A DNA stretch of 64,000 bases from a virus (lineage: Duplodnaviria; Caudoviricetes). The translations under genes were made by a program, and so were the position numbers. Positions 20,268-30,780 of the stretch are shown here, piece by piece. How positions within the stretch are numbered: the first letter of the stretch is position 1; each line of letters starts with the position of its first letter. The DNA lies in IMG/VR virus record IMGVR_UViG_3300012665_000674, positions 8,599 to 72,598 of that record; one strand, given 5' to 3'. The notes beneath the pieces were generated by a model that worked only from the letters and a program-made list of their open reading frames with translations, did no database searches and was not told where the DNA came from.

Positions 20268-22841
20268 TTAGATACCTGCTAATTTCTTCCAATCACTAAC
20301 TGATTCATTTAACATTTTTGATTCGTTAATATCTGTTGTACCTTGAGATACTGTACGATTAACTTGGCTAGAAAGAACAGGGATAGTTGATTGACCAGTA
20401 GATTTACGTTTGTTCAATCCACCACTTATGACGTTCATCATAAAATCAATATCTGTTTCAAATGTTGTATCAGACACAGTTTTTCCCGGACCAGCTTCAT
20501 TTGCCCACTCGTCTAGTTTTTTCTCTTTTTTGTCTTTCTTGTCATCATATTCAATGTCTTTTTTTACTTTGCTACCGGCACGTTCTGCTTTGTCATCGTC
20601 TTTACCTTTATGACCTTCGTCATATTCGATATCCTTAGCAACTTTCTTTGCAGCCTTTTCAGCTTTGTCATCTTTTTCACTAGTTGATTCTTCTGATAAC
20701 ATTGCTAATTTCTTGTAAAGATTAAAGAAACTTGACTCTGACATTCCTTCTTTCTTTTCTTCTTTACCAGCTTCTTCGCCAGTTTCATCTTCAGCTTCAT
20801 TAGTAGGACTTGAATATATTTGTCCTTCTTCTTCGTCCTGACCTGCATCTGCTATTGCTAATGCATTATCACTACCTACTTGACCTGCAACATCAGCATT
20901 GGTATTATCAGCACCTGAATCAGGAGCATTAGCTTCAGCTACTTCGTATTCCATTTGATCTTCTGACTCTACTTCACCGATCATTTCTTCATCGCAACCA
21001 CATGGGCTTGCACCACATGAATCGCATTCTTCGCTATGACCTTCTTCGCTCTCGTAGTCACCACTGCTAACTTCATCACCACCTGATAATTTTTTCATCA
21101 AAGCCATCATGCCGTCATGGTCATCTACTACACTGATACCACCGTGATCACCTGCGCCACCTTCGGGTGCACCATAACCACCTTTGTCTTCACCACCAAA
21201 CAAGCCTAAACCTGCAGTCTTGATAATTGATAATAACTGATCTGCTTCGCCATCTTGTGCTGATACTGATACTGAATCAGGTGCGCCTTGCTGACCTTTA
21301 CTGATAGAAACAGTCATGCCTTCTGAAACTTTGTTGTCGCTTTCAAGCAATGCATTTAACTGATTATCTAATGATTCAAAAGCAAATTCATCTAAAACAT
21401 CACTGTCATTGAAAGTTTGTCCAAACGCCTTAAATGTATCACCGGAAGTCTTTGCAGCCTGTTGTTTCATATAAGAAGTTTTATCCATTTCGTACATGTC
21501 ATCTTCCATAGCAGGTGTACGTGCGCCATAGCTAGCCATGTTTTCTACTTCATTATTCATCTCACCAACATAACCTTGAATTGGCATTTGACCATAACAT
21601 TCGTCTAGACCACACTTATAACCTTCGTGATATTGACGGGCTTCTTCCATGTTATCATGTCTGCAATTATACGGCATCTTTGATAACCCATGACTCTTGC
21701 CTTCATGATAGGCTGCTTTTAAATGGTGTTCCATACCTTCTTTAACTTTCTTTTTCTTTAAATCGTTTTTACCCTTACCATCTTCTGCATAGTCAGGTAT
21801 ACCGTTTTTGTTTGCATCTGGTTTAGATTTTTTACTTTCTAGTGCAACATTACTTCTAGCAGTGCCACTCAATGGACTTGCTTGTGCAAAGTTTTCTGGT
21901 CTTTCAGCTTCTTTGATTTTCTTTAGTTTTGAACCGGCAATACGCTTTGCAGCCTCTACACCGTATTTTGGTGTTAGTTTTTTAACTAATGCATCAAAGC
22001 CTGTAGTAGCATTGTTGTGCTTACCGATATCTTTTTCATTTACTTGGTCACGATAATCATATGCTGCACTATCTTTTCCTGATATGCGAGAGGCTACTGA
22101 CTTACGGTCATATGTGTGATGCTTTACAGGAATGTCGGGCTTGCCAGCCGAAGCTGAGACATTTGGTGGATTAGCAGCATTTATAGCATCACGCCTTTCG
22201 TCATCATTATTTGCAAACATTTCATCTAACTCATCTTCTGCCATTGCACCAACTTGCGAACCTGCACCTGTTGTTGAGGTAGCACTAGATGCAGTAGGAC
22301 TTGCTCCTGGCTTATGCATTGACAATGTTCCCTTCTTGGCTGCATCAACAACTGCTGGATCACTAGTTGTAATAGCTGCCGCTTGAGGATTTGAAGGGTC
22401 TTTGATCATGAAGTTTTGACCAGTTTGTTGCTTTGGCGCCGGAATAGGTTGAACAGATAATCCACCTTCATTCATTACTTCTTTATCCAATTGATCAAAC
22501 CAATCTTTTAAAGTACTTTTCTTTTTTTCTTCTTTCTCAGCAGCTTTTTCAGCTTTGTCACCAGCCTTCATTTTAGAATGTACTGTTCCTTTTTTGCCTG
22601 CAGGTGCTTTGCCTGTTGTACGACCAAATAGATCACCTTTTGGCGTATCTTTACTTGCTTTGGGTCCTTCATCTTTTTCTTGTCCGCCACGCTTTTTCTT
22701 TGGCTCATCTGATGCATCAGCACCAACGTCAAATTTGCGACCATAACCACCTGGCTCACTAGTATGTTTTACTCCAGTTTTAGTTTTTTCTGTAGCTTCA
22801 TTTAACTGGTCTAGTGACTGTAATAAGTTTCTAAAATTCAT
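20268..22841 (-). CDS. large charged low-complexity protein, possibly prohead core/internal
   Basis: 857 aa E/K/D-rich; many L/V/M-x-E sites; ends WKKLAGI. Confidence 0.6.
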   Translation of the reverse strand: MNFRNLLQSLDQLNEATEKTKTGVKHTSEPGGYGRKFDVGADASDEPKKKRGGQEKDEGPKASKDTPKGDLFGRTTGKAPAGKKGTVHSKMKAGDKAEKAAEKEEKKKSTLKDWFDQLDKEVMNEGGLSVQPIPAPKQQTGQNFMIKDPSNPQAAAITTSDPAVVDAAKKGTLSMHKPGASPTASSATSTTGAGSQVGAMAEDELDEMFANNDDERRDAINAANPPNVSASAGKPDIPVKHHTYDRKSVASRISGKDSAAYDYRDQVNEKDIGKHNNATTGFDALVKKLTPKYGVEAAKRIAGSKLKKIKEAERPENFAQASPLSGTARSNVALESKKSKPDANKNGIPDYAEDGKGKNDLKKKKVKEGMEHHLKAAYHEGKSHGLSKMPYNCRHDNMEEARQYHEGYKCGLDECYGQMPIQGYVGEMNNEVENMASYGARTPAMEDDMYEMDKTSYMKQQAAKTSGDTFKAFGQTFNDSDVLDEFAFESLDNQLNALLESDNKVSEGMTVSISKGQQGAPDSVSVSAQDGEADQLLSIIKTAGLGLFGGEDKGGYGAPEGGAGDHGGISVVDDHDGMMALMKKLSGGDEVSSGDYESEEGHSEECDSCGASPCGCDEEMIGEVESEDQMEYEVAEANAPDSGADNTNADVAGQVGSDNALAIADAGQDEEEGQIYSSPTNEAEDETGEEAGKEEKKEGMSESSFFNLYKKLAMLSEESTSEKDDKAEKAAKKVAKDIEYDEGHKGKDDDKAERAGSKVKKDIEYDDKKDKKEKKLDEWANEAGPGKTVSDTTFETDIDFMMNVISGGLNKRKSTGQSTIPVLSSQVNRTVSQGTTDINESKMLNESVSDWKKLAGI

Positions 22842-22859
22842 TTTATTTTTCCTTGATAA

Positions 22860-23483
22860 TTAAACCATTGCGCCAGTTCGTGGCTTTGGTGGTCGTGTAA
22901 TTTTTGTCATTGGGCTATTATCACCCATTGATTTATCATCTAAATATGGCTTGAACGGATCAAATGCATCTGGTGTCTTTTTACCTGCATAAGTTTGATC
23001 AATCTTGTCGCCCTTCATTTGGTCTTTTATAGAAGTTAGATATGAATCACCGTATGCTTTGCTTGCTTCTTTTGCACCAGGTTGTTCTTCCATTTCTTCA
23101 TGTGTAAGAACTGGAGTATGGCTCATCTCATTTTCATAACCAACCATTTCACTGTTGATACTATCATCAAAGTTTGTACTTACAACACGCACAAAATCTA
23201 CATTGCAACCTAATAATTGTGCAATCTGCTGAATCATTGGTTCAGTCGCTGGATATCTAAATTCAGCTTTGATTATTGTTACTGGTTGATTAGATACGTT
23301 GGGGAAACCATACGGGTCTTTTTGTATAGGGGTTGAAACCGGATCGTGAATTTTGATAGGGTCAAACTTGTTTAGATTGTACTTAAACATATCTAAAAAG
23401 TTTTTATCAACTTCTCCGGCAATTTTGATAGTGTAATTGTAAGTATGTACACTTTCCATGATGTATCGTTTTAGGCTTTTCAT
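22860..23483 (-). CDS. hypothetical protein, probably virion head
   Basis: MKSLKRYIMES N-terminus; GATAAATA at 23511-23504. Confidence 0.65.
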   Translation of the reverse strand: MKSLKRYIMESVHTYNYTIKIAGEVDKNFLDMFKYNLNKFDPIKIHDPVSTPIQKDPYGFPNVSNQPVTIIKAEFRYPATEPMIQQIAQLLGCNVDFVRVVSTNFDDSINSEMVGYENEMSHTPVLTHEEMEEQPGAKEASKAYGDSYLTSIKDQMKGDKIDQTYAGKKTPDAFDPFKPYLDDKSMGDNSPMTKITRPPKPRTGAMV

Positions 23484-23509
23484 TTCTTAATTCCTGTATA
23501 TATTATTTA

Positions 23510-23992
23510 TCATTTTTCATTAGTTTTGCCTGCTAGTATTTTTAACAATTCGTTTCTGTCAAGTTCTCTACCTTCACCCAGAGGAGTGTTTTCAATTTCT
23601 TCAGTTTTACTAGCAACTTTTTGATCTAGTGTTGCTTTCTTTAATTGCAACTCAATCATTTTTAATTTCTTGTTTAATTTGGCTGTTTTAGCTGTGATAG
23701 CATGACCTAGCATACTACTAGCACTATTGAAAATCTCACTAGCAAAACGACTGTCAACCTGCATTCCTAGATCCATCAAGTCTTTATAACTTGATGTTGC
23801 TAAACTTGCTAATTCATCCATTTCTCCGTCTGCGGCTTCTAATCCACGTACTTGAGGTAATGCTTCTTCAATCTTTGTTAAGTTATCTAATGCAGTTGTA
23901 GTGACTAAATTTGCATTTTCAGGGATAGGTCTAGATAAACTATCAATATCGTTTTGCGGCAATTCAAATAATTCTTCTAATTTTTTGGTCAT
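23510..23992 (-). CDS. putative terminase small subunit (T4 gp16-like)
   Basis: helical core DLMDLGMQVDSRFASEIF, C-terminal DRNELLK; context next to gp4. Confidence 0.55.
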   Translation of the reverse strand: MTKKLEELFELPQNDIDSLSRPIPENANLVTTTALDNLTKIEEALPQVRGLEAADGEMDELASLATSSYKDLMDLGMQVDSRFASEIFNSASSMLGHAITAKTAKLNKKLKMIELQLKKATLDQKVASKTEEIENTPLGEGRELDRNELLKILAGKTNEK

Positions 23993-24003
23993 AAAGTATT
24001 TAT

Positions 24004-24441
24004 TTACTTTCGTGAACCATTTCTAAAAAGATCATCCTCTGTAATTACTCTAAACGTAAAGCCTTGTGCTTTACAATATGCCATGGCTGATTGCCACTTT
24101 GCGTGGTTTACTGCAACGACTGCTCTATCTTTAGCACTTGCAACACGGCTTTCAATTAAACTTTGTTTTTTAGGTTTTATTTCAACAACTTCCGCAAGTT
24201 GTTTACCGTATTTGTTTTGATAGACTACAAAAAAATCCGGTATGTACATATGAACTTTGCCATCTAGTGGGCTTCTATATGGTATAGACATTGATTCACT
24301 AGCCCAATGTGTTACATTTTTGTTAGAATCACAAAAGGTCATGAATGTTAATTCCCAGCCTGATCTGTATTTAGGTGCGTGTTTACCTACATACTTCTGT
24401 GGATTTTTGGGGGTGAATATACCTTGTGCCCATTTTCCCAT
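24004..24441 (-). CDS. gp4: head completion nuclease (T4 gp4, TnsA-like)
   Basis: PKNPQKYVG, YRSGWE, WASE, YIPDF, EIKP, NHAKW, FRVITE. Confidence 0.92.
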   Translation of the reverse strand: MGKWAQGIFTPKNPQKYVGKHAPKYRSGWELTFMTFCDSNKNVTHWASESMSIPYRSPLDGKVHMYIPDFFVVYQNKYGKQLAEVVEIKPKKQSLIESRVASAKDRAVVAVNHAKWQSAMAYCKAQGFTFRVITEDDLFRNGSRK

Positions 24442-24442
24442 A

Positions 24443-24802
24443 TCATTGGACTATATTACGTTGAACCGGTTGATTAGGTCTTGGTCTAACACTGATTCCA
24501 TACAAAGATGTTTTAGATTTGAAACTATTAAGATAGTAAGCAAGAATCTGATTCATCTCCATTTTCTTAGTACCTTTAATTTGGTCTAATAAATCTAATG
24601 CAGTAATACCGGTGTCTTGTGAAACTCTAAAAAATACCGCAGTAAAATTATCAGCAATATTTTTTGTTTCACAAATTGATATAAAATAACCATGCACAAT
24701 ATCATACTCGTTTCCATTAACGACTAAATCTAATGCATAAAACGAATCAAAAATTCTGATTGTGTTATCTAATGTTGAGCGGGTATCTAATATTCTTGGC
24801 AT
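24443..24802 (-). CDS. hypothetical protein
   Basis: 119 aa; AATAAATA upstream. Confidence 0.7.
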   Translation of the reverse strand: MPRILDTRSTLDNTIRIFDSFYALDLVVNGNEYDIVHGYFISICETKNIADNFTAVFFRVSQDTGITALDLLDQIKGTKKMEMNQILAYYLNSFKSKTSLYGISVRPRPNQPVQRNIVQ

Positions 24803-24827
24803 GATACGTTTATTTATTACCTAAATA

Positions 24828-26003
24828 TTATGGATTTCTTTTGCCTGCGTAGGGATTTACACCTACTGATTGAGGTGTGGCTTGTCCATTAACTGGTGCA
24901 CCTGCTGTTCCTAGTGTAGTTGGACTTGCACCAAAGATAGGTGTTACTACGTTTATGTTTCTATTAGGAGTTTGTTGAACAGCATTTGTTATACCACTAA
25001 CAACCTCTGCTCTTGCAATTTGTTTTAAGTTTTTATTTTTAAATGTGTTGTATGTAGTACCTGCAGCCTGAATACCACCTAATATATTACCACTACCAAA
25101 CGCTTCGATAGCACCACCGACGCCATCTACTAAACCACCTTGTCCTAATATCTTTGCATTAGAACCTGGTCTTGCTATTGGACTTATTGTTCTATCATAA
25201 TTAGCATCTAATCCAAAACCAGCAACAATGTTACTAGGAGTTTTACCATCAATAGCACCTTCATTATATACAACGGTTTCGTATTCTACTCCCATTTGCA
25301 TTTCCATAGTACCAGAGTTTTGAGCATAATCATAGGTATCATGGCTGAATCTACCAATGATAGGGTTGATTAATGTATACGCTACAAAGTTGTGTTGGTT
25401 AAAACCAAAAACTGTAATGTTTTTAAAGAAAGGAACCTTAACACCACTAACTGATGCTGGGACATTTGTGTCACCTATATAACCCCACGCTTCATTTCCT
25501 GTTATAGAAGGTACGTATGTTGTTCGTTCATTATAGTTAGCAAGAGTAGCTCCAGGCTGAGCAGGTGCCCCTCCCCTTGATCCAGCAAATACAACACTAG
25601 GTTTTGTGCCGTCAGCATAATAATAATTATAATATGCTTTCCACATACTTCTTATGATGTTACCGTTATCATCATGGAAAGATATGTCTACTGCATCATA
25701 TTTAATTTTTGACTGTACAATTCTTTTACGATTATATTGATTTAACGTATGTGTATCAAATGTAAAGCTAGGAAGTTTTACTGTTTTAACTGCTAAACCA
25801 AAATTAGCACCAGTACTTACATTTTGTGAATATACTTCAGGGTTTATATCAAAGTAGACATGGAATAGATATTTGAATTTAGGTGCATATTGATATGCGT
25901 TAGTCCTAAATGTTTTACTAGCGTGAGTGTAATCACGAAGGTAATCGCTGCCGAAAAAAGTTCCGGCAGCGTCTGTGATTAAATCTTGAAAAAATCCAGC
26001 CAT
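24828..26003 (-). CDS. tail-tube-fold baseplate protein (gp54/gp48-like)
   Basis: VKTVKLPSFTF..NQYN..ISFHDD parallels the adjacent tube protein; G/A-rich tail. Confidence 0.6.
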   Translation of the reverse strand: MAGFFQDLITDAAGTFFGSDYLRDYTHASKTFRTNAYQYAPKFKYLFHVYFDINPEVYSQNVSTGANFGLAVKTVKLPSFTFDTHTLNQYNRKRIVQSKIKYDAVDISFHDDNGNIIRSMWKAYYNYYYADGTKPSVVFAGSRGGAPAQPGATLANYNERTTYVPSITGNEAWGYIGDTNVPASVSGVKVPFFKNITVFGFNQHNFVAYTLINPIIGRFSHDTYDYAQNSGTMEMQMGVEYETVVYNEGAIDGKTPSNIVAGFGLDANYDRTISPIARPGSNAKILGQGGLVDGVGGAIEAFGSGNILGGIQAAGTTYNTFKNKNLKQIARAEVVSGITNAVQQTPNRNINVVTPIFGASPTTLGTAGAPVNGQATPQSVGVNPYAGKRNP

Positions 26004-26025
26004 GTACTAGACTTTTCTAAACTAA

Positions 26026-26664
26026 TTAACCTTGACCTGAGCCAATGCCTGTTACTGAAGCACCACCTAGGGCACGACCAACAACTGCACCAACGCCAGA
26101 GCCAATTGGGCTTTGAATTGCATTATCATAACGTAATGTCATTGATATTGTTACTGCTTCGTTTGTTGCATAGTTTAGTGTATTGTAGTTGACTGTTTGC
26201 AAGAAGCAGCCATACAATTCCCAAGTTTCCAACACGATTGGAGCATTTGCACCATTACCACCGTCTAAGATTTCAATGTTTGTTTGGAACTTATAATCTT
26301 GACCTGTAGCCGCAGATGCTTGTTCAACGAAGTCCATTTGTTTCTGTAATTGTTGTCCGACTAATCTTGCTACTGTTCCAGACGCATCATCTCTAACGTT
26401 GATAGGTAGTGTTTGCCATGTTGGTTTTCCTGCCAAATACATTGTTGAGTTGTAAATTTGTAATGGAATTTCTGCAAATTGTACCTGTGGTCTGGCGCAA
26501 TCGATAACCTGTTTTGTCAATTCAATTGAACTTGCGCTTGCTCCAAAATTCAAAAAGTTAACTCTGAATCTGAATTGTAGTTTGGGCATTAGTAAGCCCT
26601 GATTGCCGCCAGCATTATCAGATGCTACTGTCATGTTGAACAATGATTGTGAGGCTGTTGCCAT
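26026..26664 (-). CDS. gp19: tail tube protein (T4 gp19-like)
   Basis: FRFRVNF, YLAGKPTW, WELYGCF, MTLRYD; directly after the sheath gene. Confidence 0.85.
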   Translation of the reverse strand: MATASQSLFNMTVASDNAGGNQGLLMPKLQFRFRVNFLNFGASASSIELTKQVIDCARPQVQFAEIPLQIYNSTMYLAGKPTWQTLPINVRDDASGTVARLVGQQLQKQMDFVEQASAATGQDYKFQTNIEILDGGNGANAPIVLETWELYGCFLQTVNYNTLNYATNEAVTISMTLRYDNAIQSPIGSGVGAVVGRALGGASVTGIGSGQG

Positions 26665-26684
26665 TTTTTAATCTCCTGTATCTT

Positions 26685-26692
26685 TATTTATC
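26685..26692 (-). promoter_or_regulatory. late promoter GATAAATA
   Basis: upstream of tail tube AGGAG RBS. Confidence 0.65.
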
Positions 26693-26702
26693 TTTTATTA
26701 AG

Positions 26703-26720
26703 ATGCCCCCGAAGGGGCAT
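26703..26720 (-). terminator. cUUCGg hairpin (terminator or mRNA stabiliser) after the sheath gene
   Basis: ATGCCCC-TTCG-GGGGCAT; weak U-tract. Confidence 0.65.
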
Positions 26721-26727
26721 TCTTATT

Positions 26728-29700
26728 TTAGCCCAATGATGCTATCTCACCTGTGTTTAGAACTCTAACTGGGATATAGATGAATTCAGCTGCCTTAACA
26801 GGCTCAATTGCAACGTCAACCCATAGTTCATTTCTATCAATTCTTGCAGGTGTGTTATTGCTTTCATCACAAACTACAAGATAGTCATAGATACCGCGTT
26901 TTGCAACTAAGTCAACAAATAGTGATTGAATTACACCAGCAATTTGATTTCTAGTCAATGCGTCATTTGGTTCAAATACGAACGGTCTTGCTGCCAATGT
27001 TAATTGTCTACGAATATAAGCAATCAAACGTGCAACGTTTACTCTATCTAATGCGCTCTGTGAGTTGAAACTTGTTTTGTTACCATAGTTCAACAAACCA
27101 ATACCAGTGAAGAACACTAATGGATTGATAAAGTTGATGTATAGAACATCACGTATACCCAAGCGTGTTTTAATTGTAATAAACTCACCTGTAGTTGAAT
27201 CTAAGTAACCAATGTTTGTAGCATTGTCAATGTTACCACGGCGTGTACCAGCTGGTGCTAACCAAGGATAAGCAACAGTATCATTACGCAAGAATGTACG
27301 TAACATCATGTGACTTGGGGGAACAGCAACTAAGTTGCCACTCAAGTCAGGTGCAATTCCACTTGGGTAGAATAGACCTAGATATGTATTACGTGTAACA
27401 CAACCTGCTTCTCCTGTACTCTCTGCGCCGGCTGCGTTAGTAGCCCATGCTTGAATTGCAGTAGCATCATCAGGTAATCTCATTGGTGTGTCACCGATAA
27501 TATAACCTGTTTCACCACGATCTGCATTCAATACAACCATGTTAGGTTGTAGTTCTGGATAATAAGGTGCTGCTAACAAGTTAAAGAAATTATCTTCATC
27601 ACGAATATCAGTGTTAGTATCAACTACTGAACGTAATGATTCAACAACCATGTTACGTTGTGCTTGGCGACCCATGTATGGTGCACCGTTTGACTGTAAC
27701 CCACTAACACTTACCCAAGCAGATGTTACTGTAGGTAATGTTTCGTCAGGGAAACTTAAACTATTAAAGTAATTAACTTTATATTGTTTTACATTGTATC
27801 CTGAACGGCGTGTGTTAAACAACAACATACCAGCTGGATATAGTGCAGGATCCGGAGCATCTAAATCAACATAATCGCTTGTTAACAAAGTAACGATTGA
27901 GGGAATAGGATCATCGACTGGATTTGTAGTTCCATTCGGTGCCCAACGTGCATCTAAGAATGTAGCACCTCTAGAACTTGTTTGGTCTGCATTGTCAATT
28001 AATACCCAACCATCTGTAGTAGCATCTATTTCTTCCCAGCGACGGATGATAGGATAAGCCTCTAAGTCACTTGTGTCAATCCAAAGATCACCGTATACTA
28101 GTGCAGTACCGTCAGTTTGTGTTGTTGGCTCACTAGCACTTACAATCGGACCAGTTGGATTTGTTGTATTTGAACCTGATGTTGGGAAACCTGTAGTATC
28201 ATAGTTCAAGTTACCGTAACCATTCCATTGACCATTATATTGTACCATAATGTCTACTTGGTCAACAACACTCCAGAACCAGTTTGTATTATTAGCAGGG
28301 GCTGCTACTGGAGCGCCTTCGTTAGCTGTGTAAGTAAACTCCACCCAATTACTCAATTGAGTAGTGTAATAAATTGCAGGTGTGCCTGAAACATAAGTTA
28401 CCGCTGTAACAGGACCAGTACCACCGCCACCTGAAATTGTAGCGACTTTTAATACTAAATCGTTTCCTGGTGTTGCGCCACCAAGTGTTGCACCACTGAT
28501 TGTTAATGTGTCACCAACTGCATAACCTGTACCGTTTGTAATAACACCATCACCGATTAATCTGTAAACACCGTAAAATGCTGAAACTTGAATTGTTGCA
28601 TTTATACCACTACCTGAAGTTGATGTTACTGCTCTAGTAAATGGTGTTGTAAATGATACACCAAACTTACAACCAGGTGTTGTACCATTGATAAAGCCTA
28701 ATTCATCGATTATACCTTGTGAAATACCTTGATCGACACCAGATGGTTCAGTGTCAGCTAAAATTATTTCTCCACCTTCAGTGTGAATTAATTGAATTGC
28801 TCCATCTGTAGTCACAAGTGCTTGTGTATAAGGAATGTTAGTAGCGGACCATGCTGTTACGAAATCAGTAGCTGTATCACCAGAGGTTATTGGTATTTGA
28901 TACGTAGTACTTGATAAACTTGTTGAACCAGGTACACTTATTTCGGCAAATAAAGTTCCGGTAATTGTTGATTCATAATCTGTTACACTACTAGTAACTA
29001 CAGTAGCACCCAATGCACTTCTCTTCCACAAGTAGACCGGACCTTGTCCAAATGCGTTGTCATAATTATACTGTGCATAGATGCTTCCTGCAGGAATAGA
29101 TTGTCCTCCGCTTGAATCAAGACTTGCACTAGCAGCCCAGTCAGATGTATAGAGACTAACATTTCGTGCATTCCACACCGCAGTTGTTGAATTGTATTCA
29201 GATAATACTGGATTTAATCCATTTCCTGCAGAGCCAACTTTGATCCAAACAGAACCAGTAGGGCGAGGAACTGTTTGGCTTGATGTCCATAATGGCATCT
29301 GAGCAGATGTACCATATGACAATTCAGGTTGATAATAACTAAATGGATCTTCTGTTAAGCCCAAATCTTCAACTGCTGTACCAGTACTTACATTAATAAA
29401 CGAAACATGTTGATTTGCAGTTGCAGGTTGTGCTGAATATACATTCAATTTTCCTGAAGTAACACTTGCACTTACATATCCGTTGTTTAAAGTGTTAATA
29501 GCGTTTGCTACACCAGCAACAGTATTGTTAGGTGAATTCGGAACTGTAACAGTCAAGTTATATAATCCACTAACATTAATATTGAATACATCACCTGCAT
29601 TTAATGTAGGATTTGATTCTGTGCCCTGAGCAGTTGGCCAATCATTTTGCCAATCTACTGAACCTACTACTACCCATACGTTGCTAGTGGTCTTGTAAAA

Positions 29701-30306
29701 ATATTGACCTTGCTGAGTAGGCTCACTTGTAATTTGTATTGCATTAACAGCATAATCACCTATGCTACCAATGCTAGATAGTGGAACACCACCTGATATA
29801 TTAGTCGATTCAGTAATTACTATAGGAATTTGCAATGTAAACAATCCTGTTGTAGCATTGAATTCATAAATGCCCCACGTGGTTGTTGAACTATCTAACC
29901 AGTATGCGCCGTTATCGGGTGCGCCTGATGGACGACCTGTTTGTCCTACTAAGCTAGCTAGATCGATATCTGCACGTAGTACGTAGCAACGATTAGTTGC
30001 ACCTAATAAACTATATGCTGCCAATAGACCATACTCGTTAAGTTCATAGCCCTGAATTGGAGTACCGTTTGTTGTTGTGTAAAAGAACGGAGTACCGTAC
30101 AAGTCTACCAAGTCTCGTTGACTTGTTACTTGATATAGTTTTCCGGCATTTGCGGCTGTAGTTGCTGGTGCAACTGCTGTGCCAGACGCATTAGCTTTGT
30201 TCTGCGCCGTAGCTAAGATAACAAGCGGAACAGAATTGGTTGGGGCTGGAAGATACTGACTTTGGTCAATGATTGTTACTTCTACGCCTGGAGATGTTAG
30301 TGCCAT
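26728..30306 (-). CDS. gp18: contractile tail sheath protein (T4 gp18-like), enlarged
   Basis: MALTSPGVEVTIID start; WLAPAGTRRG, DRVNVARL, CDESNNTPARIDRNEL, PVKAAEFI. Confidence 0.95.
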   Translation of the reverse strand: MALTSPGVEVTIIDQSQYLPAPTNSVPLVILATAQNKANASGTAVAPATTAANAGKLYQVTSQRDLVDLYGTPFFYTTTNGTPIQGYELNEYGLLAAYSLLGATNRCYVLRADIDLASLVGQTGRPSGAPDNGAYWLDSSTTTWGIYEFNATTGLFTLQIPIVITESTNISGGVPLSSIGSIGDYAVNAIQITSEPTQQGQYFYKTTSNVWVVVGSVDWQNDWPTAQGTESNPTLNAGDVFNINVSGLYNLTVTVPNSPNNTVAGVANAINTLNNGYVSASVTSGKLNVYSAQPATANQHVSFINVSTGTAVEDLGLTEDPFSYYQPELSYGTSAQMPLWTSSQTVPRPTGSVWIKVGSAGNGLNPVLSEYNSTTAVWNARNVSLYTSDWAASASLDSSGGQSIPAGSIYAQYNYDNAFGQGPVYLWKRSALGATVVTSSVTDYESTITGTLFAEISVPGSTSLSSTTYQIPITSGDTATDFVTAWSATNIPYTQALVTTDGAIQLIHTEGGEIILADTEPSGVDQGISQGIIDELGFINGTTPGCKFGVSFTTPFTRAVTSTSGSGINATIQVSAFYGVYRLIGDGVITNGTGYAVGDTLTISGATLGGATPGNDLVLKVATISGGGGTGPVTAVTYVSGTPAIYYTTQLSNWVEFTYTANEGAPVAAPANNTNWFWSVVDQVDIMVQYNGQWNGYGNLNYDTTGFPTSGSNTTNPTGPIVSASEPTTQTDGTALVYGDLWIDTSDLEAYPIIRRWEEIDATTDGWVLIDNADQTSSRGATFLDARWAPNGTTNPVDDPIPSIVTLLTSDYVDLDAPDPALYPAGMLLFNTRRSGYNVKQYKVNYFNSLSFPDETLPTVTSAWVSVSGLQSNGAPYMGRQAQRNMVVESLRSVVDTNTDIRDEDNFFNLLAAPYYPELQPNMVVLNADRGETGYIIGDTPMRLPDDATAIQAWATNAAGAESTGEAGCVTRNTYLGLFYPSGIAPDLSGNLVAVPPSHMMLRTFLRNDTVAYPWLAPAGTRRGNIDNATNIGYLDSTTGEFITIKTRLGIRDVLYINFINPLVFFTGIGLLNYGNKTSFNSQSALDRVNVARLIAYIRRQLTLAARPFVFEPNDALTRNQIAGVIQSLFVDLVAKRGIYDYLVVCDESNNTPARIDRNELWVDVAIEPVKAAEFIYIPVRVLNTGEIASLG

Positions 30307-30426
30307 TTTATTTTTCCTTTATGTAAAATTATGAGGTTTACCACCTAAAATGCATACTATTATTTATTAAAAAAAATAAAAAAAGCGGTTTAGCCGTGCC
30401 TTCGAAGGTTCCTAACTAAATACTAT

Positions 30427-30780
30427 ATGGCACTATTAAGACCTATCTGCACTAAATGTAATAAGAATTACAAGGCTATTAATTATATCCGTGAAGGTAT
30501 TACACATTATCGTAGTTCATGCGATGAGTGCGGCAGAAAAAAGAATAAGTTAAAGCCTAGAAAATCAAGCTGGACTAAAAGTGGATACAAGAAAAAAGCC
30601 ACATGTGATTTATGTGGCTTTAAAAGTCTTTTTACCTCTCAGATTACAGTATTTTTGATTGACGGAAATTTAGAGAATACTGCACAAACCAATCTACGTA
30701 GTATTTGTTTAAACTGTGTAGAAGTTGTAAAGAAAAAAGAGATTACATGGAAACGTGGTGATCTTGAGATTGATTACTAA
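30427..30780 (+). CDS. zinc-binding HNH-like protein (degenerate)
   Basis: four CxxC pairs; IDGNLENTAQTNLRSICLNC resembles HNH with the His residues lost. Confidence 0.55.
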   Translation: MALLRPICTKCNKNYKAINYIREGITHYRSSCDECGRKKNKLKPRKSSWTKSGYKKKATCDLCGFKSLFTSQITVFLIDGNLENTAQTNLRSICLNCVEVVKKKEITWKRGDLEIDY

